NCBI GenBank assembly: GCA_903939515.1 | Contig: CAJAHH010000008.1 | Coordinates: 84-64,083, forward strand | Source of the DNA: an uncultured Verrucomicrobiota bacterium | GTDB taxonomy: Bacteria > Verrucomicrobiota > Verrucomicrobiia > Limisphaerales > UBA9464 | DNA length: 64,000 nt | Reading direction: 5' to 3' | Part shown: piece by piece, positions 42,551 to 50,879 of the stretch | Layout: each line of letters starts with the position of its first letter | Position numbering within the stretch: position 1 is the first letter of the stretch | Program-made: the position numbers and the translations under genes | Notes under the pieces: generated by a model | Databases searched by the model: none | Told to the model about the DNA's origin: nothing | The model's input: only the letters and a program-made list of their open reading frames with translations

Positions 42551-43897
42551 TCACGAAGATCTGCCTCCGTTTACGGCCGATTGAAGACCCGACCAGGCCT
42601 CGGCGGGAGTCACGCCCTGGTCAACTCCCTGCCGGAGGAAAGTCTCCAGGGGTTCCTTCAGGCGAATAGCGGCATCAATGGCTGGATTGGAGCCGGCCGC
42701 ATAAGCCCCCAGGCTGATCAGGTCCGCGTTGCGCTTGTAGTTGGAAAGATGCTCGCGGGCCTGCCCGGCCAGACAGAGCTGCTCCTCAGAGCATAAATCC
42801 CGAGTAAGACGGCTGATGCTCTGGAGCACGTCAATGGCCGGATAGTGGTTCTGTTGCGCCAGCATGCGGTCGAGCACGATATGCCCGTCGAGGATGCCTC
42901 GAACCGTGTCTGCTACCGGCTCGTTCATGTCGTCTCCCTCGACCAAGACCGTGAAGAACGCAGTGATGGCCCCGCTCTGTCCTGAACCAGCCCGTTCAAG
43001 CAACTGGGGCAGGAGAGCAAAGACGCTGGGTGTATAGCCCCGGGTGGCGGGAGGCTCACCCACCGCCAGTCCGATTTCCCGCTGGGCCATGGCAAAACGG
43101 GTCACCGAATCCATCATCAGAAGGACCGATTTTCCCTGATCCCGAAAATACTCAGCGATGGCCATGGCCGAGTAAGCCCCCTTTATGCGCATCAATGCGG
43201 GCTCGTTGGAGGTCGCCACCACGATCACCGATTTGGCACGCCCCTCTTCCGAGAGATCCTTCTCTAAGAATTCTCGCACCTCACGACCGCGCTCACCGAT
43301 CAAAGCGATGACGTTGACGTCGGCCTCCGCCTGGGCAGCCATCATGCCCAGGAGCGTGGATTTACCGACGCCCGATCCAGCAAATATTCCTAGACGCTGC
43401 CCACGGCCGACGGGAATCAGCGTGTCGAGCGCCTTGATCCCGGTTCCAAACACTTCGCTGATCCGGCGGCGCTGCAAGGGGTGTGGTGGTGGTGCCATGC
43501 ACGGGGCCCGGAACACCGGCCTCACCGGTGGGAGAGCATCGATGGGCTCTCCCAGTCCATTGAGAACGCGACCCAGCAAATCTGCCCCCACAGGAACCTC
43601 CAAGGGGTGCCCCAGTGCGACAACCTCGGACCCGGGATGGATGCCATGGGTCTCCGCCAAGGGCATTAGAAGCACCCGACCCTGACGAAATCCGACCACT
43701 TCGGCCAACGCGTCGCCCTTCTTGTGGCCACCCTCGATCCGACAAAGTTCTCCAACGGCACACAGAGGCCCCTCGCTCTCAATCACCAAGCCGATGAGTT
43801 GAACGACCCGGCCACGATTCTCGACCACACGAGTACTCCGCACCCGCTCTAGTATGCCTCCCAATCGTTGCCCCGGCGATGTGCCTAAAGAGTTCAT
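42551..43897 (-). CDS. fliI: Flagellar export ATPase FliI
   Basis: GIFAGSGVGKSTLLG, LIGERGREVREF, MDSVTRFAMAQREIGL, RGILDGHIVL. Confidence 0.96.
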   Translation of the reverse strand: MNSLGTSPGQRLGGILERVRSTRVVENRGRVVQLIGLVIESEGPLCAVGELCRIEGGHKKGDALAEVVGFRQGRVLLMPLAETHGIHPGSEVVALGHPLEVPVGADLLGRVLNGLGEPIDALPPVRPVFRAPCMAPPPHPLQRRRISEVFGTGIKALDTLIPVGRGQRLGIFAGSGVGKSTLLGMMAAQAEADVNVIALIGERGREVREFLEKDLSEEGRAKSVIVVATSNEPALMRIKGAYSAMAIAEYFRDQGKSVLLMMDSVTRFAMAQREIGLAVGEPPATRGYTPSVFALLPQLLERAGSGQSGAITAFFTVLVEGDDMNEPVADTVRGILDGHIVLDRMLAQQNHYPAIDVLQSISRLTRDLCSEEQLCLAGQAREHLSNYKRNADLISLGAYAAGSNPAIDAAIRLKEPLETFLRQGVDQGVTPAEAWSGLQSAVNGGRSS

Positions 43898-44484
43898 GAT
43901 TCCATCGATTGCCGCAGCAGTTCGAGCTTCACCTCTCGGCGGGCATCCACTGTCCCGAAATCGGTGTACACCAAGCAGCCACCGCGCCCGACCTCCGAGG
44001 ACACTTCGAAGCGGAGTCGCTCGCCTCCAAGCTCCTTGAGTAATACCGGGCTGTTGACCCCCTCAAGGAGTGCAAGATCTTCGGCATGGAGCTGCACCCG
44101 AACCCGACCCGTCTGGCGGAGCGAAACCAGCGACTCCTCCAAGGCGGCCTCAACCAAGCTGGGGGTGATCTCGATGCTGTTGACGACTTTGCGAGCCGTC
44201 TCCCAGGCGATGCCGATGAGCGCCTGCTCGCAGTCTCTCACCACCTGGGGAATCGTGTTCTCGAGCTGGACGAAGAGCCGATTCTGAAGATGGCGCAGAT
44301 CGGCGCGCTGCTGAACCAGTTGCTCACTCAGAGCTCTTTCACCGGCGGCGACACCCCGCGCATAGGCCTCATGCTCACGCAGACACCATTTGCGCTCCAA
44401 TTCCGAGAGCGAGACCTTGATGACTTGGACCTCGCGGAGGGCTTCGACAAAGGCAATAGGGATCGAATCGGGTTTGAGTTGCAT
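43894..44484 (-). CDS. fliH: Flagellar assembly protein FliH
   Basis: AYARGVAAG motif; VQLHAEDL and GRGGCLVYTDFGTVDAR; between fliG and fliI. Confidence 0.85.
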   Translation of the reverse strand: MQLKPDSIPIAFVEALREVQVIKVSLSELERKWCLREHEAYARGVAAGERALSEQLVQQRADLRHLQNRLFVQLENTIPQVVRDCEQALIGIAWETARKVVNSIEITPSLVEAALEESLVSLRQTGRVRVQLHAEDLALLEGVNSPVLLKELGGERLRFEVSSEVGRGGCLVYTDFGTVDARREVKLELLRQSMES

Positions 44485-44486
44485 AA

Positions 44487-45512
44487 TCAGGAAGAGGTGA
44501 GCCCTTCGTTGTCGGCCTCGGATTTACGGACTAGTTCGATGATGCGCATCTGGGCTGCCTCGATATCGCGCAGCTTGAGCGGCCCCATGAAGCTCATCTC
44601 TTCCTGCACCGTTTCGGCAGCACGTCTGGACACCGCGCTGAGAAGGGCTCCCTTGAGCGTGTCGCTGGCCGTCTTGAGGGCGACTGCCAGATCGCGCAAA
44701 TCCACCTCGCGCAGCACCCGCTGGAGAACCGGGGTTTCCAGAGAGGCCACATCCTCGAAGGTGAACATCTTCTGGCGGATTTGCTGACCGAGCTCCGGAT
44801 TGCGTTCCTCGATGTTCATCAAGAGGGACTTGGTCAAATTCTTGTCGAGCGAGTTCAGCAAATTGGCAGCGCTCTTCAGGCCCCCGGTTTGATTGAGGGC
44901 ACGCGAGTGCTGGTTACCGAGCTTGCGATTGAGCTGTTCGACAACCTTTTCGACAATTTCGATAGGGGTCGCTTGCAGAGTAGCCAGCCGCTCAATGACC
45001 TGATCTCGCAGATCGCTCCGGAGCATGATCAACAGCTGGGAAGCCTTCTCGGGTGGTAGGTAGGAGAGCACCAGCGAGATCGTCTGCGGCTGTTCAAGCT
45101 TGAGCAGGTTAAAGATTTGCCGGGGGTCTAGTTCGACGATTTGCGTCATTGAGGAGACTGGCGTGCGGGTAGGCATCACCCGGCTGATCACCGTGGCCGC
45201 CTTGTAAAGGCCCAGGGCTTTTTCCAACATCGTTTGGGTGAAATCTAAACCGCCACGCAGGGAGGTGCTGGCGTGGATAGCTACATCTGTGAACTCCTTC
45301 AGAACCACGTTCTGCATCTCGATGGAGAGCATCCCCACCTTGGCCATCTCGGCACAGATGGCCTCCAACTCGTCGGGCTGAAGTCCTCGAAGAAAGGAGA
45401 TCGCGGTGTCTTCTCCCAGGACCACCAAGAGCAAGGCGATCTTCTGTGTCCGTGTCAGACGGGCAAAATCAGCGGGGCTCGAGGCCAGAATCTCGGGAAC
45501 TGGTGCAGCCAT
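44487..45512 (-). CDS. fliG: Flagellar motor switch protein FliG
   Basis: QKIALLLVVLGED, EQPQTISLVLSYL, IRQKMFTFED, MGPLKLRDIEAAQ. Confidence 0.96.
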   Translation of the reverse strand: MAAPVPEILASSPADFARLTRTQKIALLLVVLGEDTAISFLRGLQPDELEAICAEMAKVGMLSIEMQNVVLKEFTDVAIHASTSLRGGLDFTQTMLEKALGLYKAATVISRVMPTRTPVSSMTQIVELDPRQIFNLLKLEQPQTISLVLSYLPPEKASQLLIMLRSDLRDQVIERLATLQATPIEIVEKVVEQLNRKLGNQHSRALNQTGGLKSAANLLNSLDKNLTKSLLMNIEERNPELGQQIRQKMFTFEDVASLETPVLQRVLREVDLRDLAVALKTASDTLKGALLSAVSRRAAETVQEEMSFMGPLKLRDIEAAQMRIIELVRKSEADNEGLTSS

Positions 45513-45518
45513 AGCAGA

Positions 45519-47174
45519 TCACTTTGATTTTTCGGCACCGCGGGTCATCCAGGTACGGAGCGCGTGGGTCATATTGGTGGGGTTCTCCTTCATGAGCTGG
45601 TTCATCATGTCCGCAGTCATCACGAAGGGTTGAACTTCATCCGGTTCGCCGGCAGAGCCCGCCCTCAGGCCGGAGGCGAAGCTATTCATCTGAGATCCGC
45701 CATCCCCGGAGGCGGCCCCGATTGGGATTCCGATGGGAATCTCATCGATGCTAGTCTTTTGGAAGATACGCCAGAACAAGGCCAGCACTCCGACACCCAA
45801 GAGCGGGAAAACTGAATCACGCGCGATCTCGATCCAAAGGCGCTGGCGCTCGCTCTTTTCGAGCCGCTGGGTCAACTCGAAGGCGGGTTGATCATTGAAG
45901 GCGATTTCTTCGACAGCCAGTTCGTCAACCCTTCCGTCCACGCTATTTGTGACAATGCCCAGGGCCGAGCGGACTGCAGAACGAATCTTGATCATCTCAA
46001 CCGGACTGCGGGGTACGGCCACACGATTGGTCCCGGTTACCGTGTATTCGATGGGGATAAAAACCGCGGCCGAAATGCGCTTGGTAGAACCTGGGATTTG
46101 ACTCTGCGTCGTGGTGATCTCGTTGATCTCGTAATTGTTCTGGGTGACTTTTTTGCTCGTGTTGTTCTTGGTCGTCGGAGCAGTGCCGGCCGGACTGTTG
46201 GTGTCCGTATTAGCATTGGTCGCCGCACCCGGCGCTCCGACCGCGCCCGTCAGGGTCGAGCTCGTATTGTCGATGCGCTCGTCGGTAATCGTTTCCGTGC
46301 GCTTCACCTGACTCTCTGGGTCAAACTTAGTCTCCTTCCGCTGCAGGCTCGTGTAGTCTAGGTCGACGGACACACGCGCCATAACCCGCGACGCCCCCCC
46401 GACGTAAGGGGCCAAAAACGACTCCACCTTTTTGGCTAAATAGTTTTCGTATTCGCGGCGTTGCTTGAGCTGCGATGAAGTAGCCCCAGTAATAGGATCA
46501 TTGTCGAAGGCCTCGGTCAGGAGGTTGCCGATGTTGTCGGTGATAGAGACCCCCTCCGGATTGAGCCCTTCGACCGCATTGGCGACGAGGAAGCGGATAG
46601 CATTTACCGTCGCGGCAGGGATGGGCACGTTACCCCGCAGCTTCAGGAACACCGAGGCGCTGGGTTTCTTCTGATACTCCACCAGTAGACGGTTCTCGGG
46701 CATTACGAGCATCACCTGGGCGGATTCGATGCCATCGACCCGTGAAATGGTCTGGGACAATTCCCCCTGAATGGCCCGCAGGTAATTGACCCGCTGCACA
46801 AAGTCCGAAATGCCGAAATTAGGCTTATCGAAGAGAGAAAACCCCGTCGTACCGCCACCGGGAATCCCCTTGCCAGCCAATTGGATGCGCAAGGAATGAA
46901 CCTTGTCGGCGGGCACCGAGATGCTACCGCCGCCCCGGACCTTGTAAGGAATTTTGCCCTCATCGAGCGCATTGATCACCTTGGAAGCCTCGGCCTCGGC
47001 AAGGTTGCCAAAGAGAACGGTGTAGTCTTCACGGCTCGACCAAACCGCGATGCCGCTCAAACCGAGCAAGACGATCAATCCGGCGAGGACGATCGAGACT
47101 CGCTGGTTGATGCCGATCTCCTTCCAGACGGAAGCCAATTGCTGCAGGAGTTCTTGGAAACTGTTGTTCATCAC
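45519..47174 (-). CDS. fliF: Flagellar MS-ring protein FliF
   Basis: GFSLFDK.NFGISDFVQRVNYLRAIQGEL, PSASVFL, LVANAVEGL; two TM helices. Confidence 0.95.
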   Translation of the reverse strand: MMNNSFQELLQQLASVWKEIGINQRVSIVLAGLIVLLGLSGIAVWSSREDYTVLFGNLAEAEASKVINALDEGKIPYKVRGGGSISVPADKVHSLRIQLAGKGIPGGGTTGFSLFDKPNFGISDFVQRVNYLRAIQGELSQTISRVDGIESAQVMLVMPENRLLVEYQKKPSASVFLKLRGNVPIPAATVNAIRFLVANAVEGLNPEGVSITDNIGNLLTEAFDNDPITGATSSQLKQRREYENYLAKKVESFLAPYVGGASRVMARVSVDLDYTSLQRKETKFDPESQVKRTETITDERIDNTSSTLTGAVGAPGAATNANTDTNSPAGTAPTTKNNTSKKVTQNNYEINEITTTQSQIPGSTKRISAAVFIPIEYTVTGTNRVAVPRSPVEMIKIRSAVRSALGIVTNSVDGRVDELAVEEIAFNDQPAFELTQRLEKSERQRLWIEIARDSVFPLLGVGVLALFWRIFQKTSIDEIPIGIPIGAASGDGGSQMNSFASGLRAGSAGEPDEVQPFVMTADMMNQLMKENPTNMTHALRTWMTRGAEKSK

Positions 47175-47190
47175 TTGGGGCCCTTAATCC

Positions 47191-47646
47191 TCAGACCTGC
47201 ATCCGCATCAATTCTTGGTACGATTCGAGGAGCTTGTTGCGCACCTCGACCATCAACTGGAAGGAGACACTGGCTTCCTCCATGGCGATCATGGCTTGGT
47301 GCAGAGGCACTCCCTGCTGAGTGACCAAGCCCCGAACCGAATCTCCAGCGGCTACTTGCTTGTCTGCCACTTCGCCCACAAACCGACCCAGGGTGTCGGC
47401 AAAGGCGTCGCGCCCCGTGACCCTCCCCAACGAGGGGATACCACTCGGATTCACCCCCGTGGGCAGCGGCATCGCGTCCGGGAATGCCTTGTTGAACGGC
47501 TGTAGCTTTCCCATCTCCGAGTCGGGAATGAGTTTTCCCAAGTCTCCCATCCCCGCCTTCTGCAGAGACTCCATCCCGGCCTTGCCGAGGGGGGATTCTC
47601 GGAGGGCGGACGGATTGAACATTCGGAGTGCAGAAAGCGCTTCCAT
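47191..47646 (-). CDS. fliE: Flagellar hook-basal body protein FliE (N-terminally extended)
   Basis: LHQAMIAMEEASVSFQLMVEVRNKLLESYQELMRMQV. Confidence 0.92.
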   Translation of the reverse strand: MEALSALRMFNPSALRESPLGKAGMESLQKAGMGDLGKLIPDSEMGKLQPFNKAFPDAMPLPTGVNPSGIPSLGRVTGRDAFADTLGRFVGEVADKQVAAGDSVRGLVTQQGVPLHQAMIAMEEASVSFQLMVEVRNKLLESYQELMRMQV

Positions 47647-47666
47647 CGCAGTGTGTCAGTGAGGGT

Positions 47667-48089
47667 TTAGCGCTTGCCGATCGCCATAGCCTGCTGGGCT
47701 AGTTGTCGAGCGTTCTTCACCACGGCGATGTTGGCCTCGAACGCCCGCGATGAGGCGATGAGGTCCACCATCTCCTCGTGAACGTTGACGTTTGGATACC
47801 GAACATAACCTCGGGCATCGGCATCGGGATGATCCGGTTTAAAGACCTCGCGAAAGGGTCGATTGTCGGACTCAACACGGCTCACCCGTATGGTGGAACC
47901 ACTGTTAGCATTGGTCCCGGCATTGTTGACCAGAGTCTCGAAGACCACCTGCTTGCGCTTGTAAGGCTGCCCATCGACGGATCGGGTGACATTGGCATTG
48001 GCCAGATTCTGGGAGACGATCTCAATCCGGGTCCGTTCGGCATCGAGCGCAGAGCGGGTGCTTTGAATACTGGGGATGAGTTCGATCAT
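47667..48089 (-). CDS. flgC: Flagellar basal-body rod protein FlgC
   Basis: NLANANVTR..PYKRKQV, PDHPDADARGYVRYPNVN..EMVDLI. Confidence 0.95.
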   Translation of the reverse strand: MIELIPSIQSTRSALDAERTRIEIVSQNLANANVTRSVDGQPYKRKQVVFETLVNNAGTNANSGSTIRVSRVESDNRPFREVFKPDHPDADARGYVRYPNVNVHEEMVDLIASSRAFEANIAVVKNARQLAQQAMAIGKR

Positions 48090-48109
48090 AGGAGGGGGCT
48101 TCCGAAGGT

Positions 48110-48493
48110 TTAGCTACGGCCCGTGATGGCCATCCTCAGCTTGAGCATGGAACCGGTGATGAGTTGAGCTTCTAGGGTGTGGGCCAAGCTGTTCTCATTC
48201 ATGGCCAACATTTCCTGCTCCAAATTGACGGAATTGCCGTCGCGATTGGAGGCAACGGCCATTGGATCGACCGAAAGGGTCGGGACCGGGATATTGGCGA
48301 TCTGCCCCGGATCATTGGCCTTCACCGCATTGGACAACTGCGCCTGAAACGACGGCGCCACATCGAGCCGCTTGTAGTTCGGCGTCTCAACATTGGCCAA
48401 ATTGCCGGCGATGGCCTGATGGCGCAGCACCGTGGCATCCAAGAGCTTCTTGGTGACCACATAGTTGGACTGGTTGAACAGCGATTGAATCAT
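48110..48493 (-). CDS. flgB: Flagellar basal-body rod protein FlgB
   Basis: RHQAIAGNLANVETPNYKRLD, RDGNSVNLEQEM; GGAGG RBS upstream of ATG 48493. Confidence 0.94.
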   Translation of the reverse strand: MIQSLFNQSNYVVTKKLLDATVLRHQAIAGNLANVETPNYKRLDVAPSFQAQLSNAVKANDPGQIANIPVPTLSVDPMAVASNRDGNSVNLEQEMLAMNENSLAHTLEAQLITGSMLKLRMAITGRS

Positions 48494-48518
48494 GGACTTG
48501 CCTCCGTACTCACCGTGA

Positions 48519-48535
48519 AGCAACGACCATGCCGA
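48519..48535 (-). promoter_or_regulatory. Sigma54 (-24/-12) promoter of the flagellar operon
   Basis: TCGGCATGGTCGTTGCT: GG-N10-GC with TTGC, ~25 nt upstream of the flgB ATG. Confidence 0.72.
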
Positions 48536-48673
48536 CCAGAAAAACCCCCGTTTTGTTGGGTTTTATAAGAAGGATCTCCCGCAAGTGACGGGACCGGGGC
48601 GGAAGCGAAGTCCACCCATTCCTCTGCCTGGGCAAAACTTTCCGCCCGGCAACTTTAGAGCCACTCCACCGGC

Positions 48674-49654
48674 TCAGCGGTTGAAAAGGGCCACCAGAAG
48701 GGCCCCCAGGAGCCACAAGACGGCTACCGCGCCTGCCTTCCCCAGACTCGTTCGGGCTAGGCGGTGACTCAGGTGGTGAGTGTCACCCACCCAGAAGGGC
48801 TGCCCTCTCCAGGTACGCGAGAGGACCACGAAGGCCATATCGATGAGGGGTACGGCCGCCACCGCAAACGCGGCCTTGCAGGACTGTTGGAGCCCGCCGT
48901 TGGAAATCGTAAAGGGCCTCACGAACAGCAGCGCCAAGACAGCGATCCAATAGCCAACCCATTGGCTCCCAGCATCCCCCAGAAAGACCGAGGCGCGGGG
49001 ATAGTTGTAGGGCAAATAGCCCGCCAGGCTTCCGGCGAAGAGAGCCGCCCCGCAGGCCAACTCGAATTGACCCTGAAACAGCAGCGATGCAGCCGACACG
49101 GCGGAGGCCCCGATCAAACCTAGACCCGCACACAGGCCATTCATGTTATCGCTCAAATTGAAGGCATTGGTGACTGCCAGGATCCAGAATACCGTGAGTG
49201 GCTGCCTGAGAATGGCCATCCCGTCCGGGACAGGCACCTGGACCCCATATATTGCGACCAAAACGGCGATCAGTCCCTGCACAAGAAACTTAATACCGGC
49301 CCCGAGATCCCGACGGTCATCCCACGCTCCCAAAGCCAGCATGCCCACGGCTCCGGCGAGCAGCACTCCGAAGCGGCGTCCCCCCTCCGCTCCGACCCAG
49401 AGGGATCCGACCTCCACGCGGCCCAGCACTCCTGACGATGCCAGGATCCAAATTAGTAGTCCGCCCAAGAGCCCTCCGGCCGATACGGCAAACCCGCCCG
49501 CCAGCGGAATAGGTTGAGTATGAATCTTCCGGTGACCCGGATCATCGACATGACCCCATCGACGGCAAAGCGCCTGCCACAGCGGCAACGAGACAGCCGA
49601 GATGGTGAAAGTCACCCCGAATGCACCGAGCACGGCCAACACCTCGGATTTCAT
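48674..49654 (-). CDS. WecA/TagO-like polyprenyl-phosphate HexNAc-1-phosphate transferase (MraY family)
   Basis: RKIHTQPIPLAGG, GAWDD, NAFNLSDNMNGL, VFLGDAGS, DTHHLSHRL; ATGA overlap with the upstream GT4 gene. Confidence 0.9.
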   Translation of the reverse strand: MKSEVLAVLGAFGVTFTISAVSLPLWQALCRRWGHVDDPGHRKIHTQPIPLAGGFAVSAGGLLGGLLIWILASSGVLGRVEVGSLWVGAEGGRRFGVLLAGAVGMLALGAWDDRRDLGAGIKFLVQGLIAVLVAIYGVQVPVPDGMAILRQPLTVFWILAVTNAFNLSDNMNGLCAGLGLIGASAVSAASLLFQGQFELACGAALFAGSLAGYLPYNYPRASVFLGDAGSQWVGYWIAVLALLFVRPFTISNGGLQQSCKAAFAVAAVPLIDMAFVVLSRTWRGQPFWVGDTHHLSHRLARTSLGKAGAVAVLWLLGALLVALFNR

Positions 49655-50826
49655 CGAAACGAGCCTCCCGAGCCATGGAGCAGGCGGCGGTACAAGGCAT
49701 CCAAGGATTGGACGAGTGCCTCCTCCGAGAAACGCTCCCGCACCCAAGACCGCCCGGTGACTCCCAGCCTCCGGGCCAACTCCGGATCCCCCGCCAACCG
49801 GGCGACTCGATCCACCAGACCGGGCAGATCTCCCGGTTGAAGCAAGAACCCTGTCTCCAAATCCCGGCACACTTCGGCGGCACCGTCACAATCGAAAGCA
49901 ATCACCGGTTTCCCGGCAGCCAGGGCTTGAGGCAGCACCCGAGCCAAGCCTTCTCGGCGCGACAAGTGCACCAGAACATCCATCAAGCCCAGATATCGGG
50001 AGACCTCCGACGGCGGCACCAGACCCGCAAAAACAAACCGTCCGGCCAAGCCGGGCATTGTGGCGGCCATGGTCTCAAAGCGCGCACGCCAGGGACCATC
50101 ACCCAGCAACAGGAATCGCACATTAGGGACTCGTCGCACCATCTCAACGGCGGCGGCAAACAACTCATCGTGCCCTTTGAGTTGGAAGAGGCGAGCCACC
50201 TTGCCCACGACAAACTCACCGGGGCGGATCCCCAGTCGCTGGGCCAGTTCTAGATCTCGCTGAAACCCAAGGAACGGAGCTAAATCAAAACCACTGAAAA
50301 TCCGGGTGTACTGAGCTGAATCACCGATGCCGGCGTCGAGGTATTGTCGGGCCATTGCCTCAGCGACCACCACAAAATGATCGGTCTGCCGCCCGGCGGC
50401 CCGTTCTGCGCCCCGGAACATCGCATTGGCGGCTGCCCCCTGAAATGGACCAAAACTCGGCCCATGGATGGTGTGGATCACTTGGGGAACCCCAGCATGG
50501 CGCGCTGCGAAACGTCCAACGATGCCCGCCTTGCCGCTGTGGGTGTGGACGATGTGTGGACGGGTGCGACGGAAATGACTACGCAACCGCAGGTAAGCCA
50601 GAGCATCCATCAGCGGGTGGACCGGTCGAATGAGACTCGACTCCAAACGCAGGAGTCCAGGCACAGCCCGGGCGATGGGTTCGAGAGACCCTTCCGGCCC
50701 ACTGGTGAGGCCCGAGATGAGTTCTACTTCCCAATCAGAAATTCGCCCCAAGCCAAGAACCGAGCTGAGCGTGTTCTCCTGGGCCCCGCCGACAATCAAC
50801 CGAGTGATGACATGACTCACACGCAT
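49651..50826 (-). CDS. GT4 family glycosyltransferase
   Basis: ITRLIVGGAQENT, VHTHSGKAG, ARLFQLKGH, SRREGLARVLPQALAAGKPV. Confidence 0.92.
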   Translation of the reverse strand: MRVSHVITRLIVGGAQENTLSSVLGLGRISDWEVELISGLTSGPEGSLEPIARAVPGLLRLESSLIRPVHPLMDALAYLRLRSHFRRTRPHIVHTHSGKAGIVGRFAARHAGVPQVIHTIHGPSFGPFQGAAANAMFRGAERAAGRQTDHFVVVAEAMARQYLDAGIGDSAQYTRIFSGFDLAPFLGFQRDLELAQRLGIRPGEFVVGKVARLFQLKGHDELFAAAVEMVRRVPNVRFLLLGDGPWRARFETMAATMPGLAGRFVFAGLVPPSEVSRYLGLMDVLVHLSRREGLARVLPQALAAGKPVIAFDCDGAAEVCRDLETGFLLQPGDLPGLVDRVARLAGDPELARRLGVTGRSWVRERFSEEALVQSLDALYRRLLHGSGGSFR

Positions 50827-50879
50827 GGGCTCAACAGGTCGATGGCCAGCGTTCCCAATGGTGCCGGTGGCCCTTGGGA

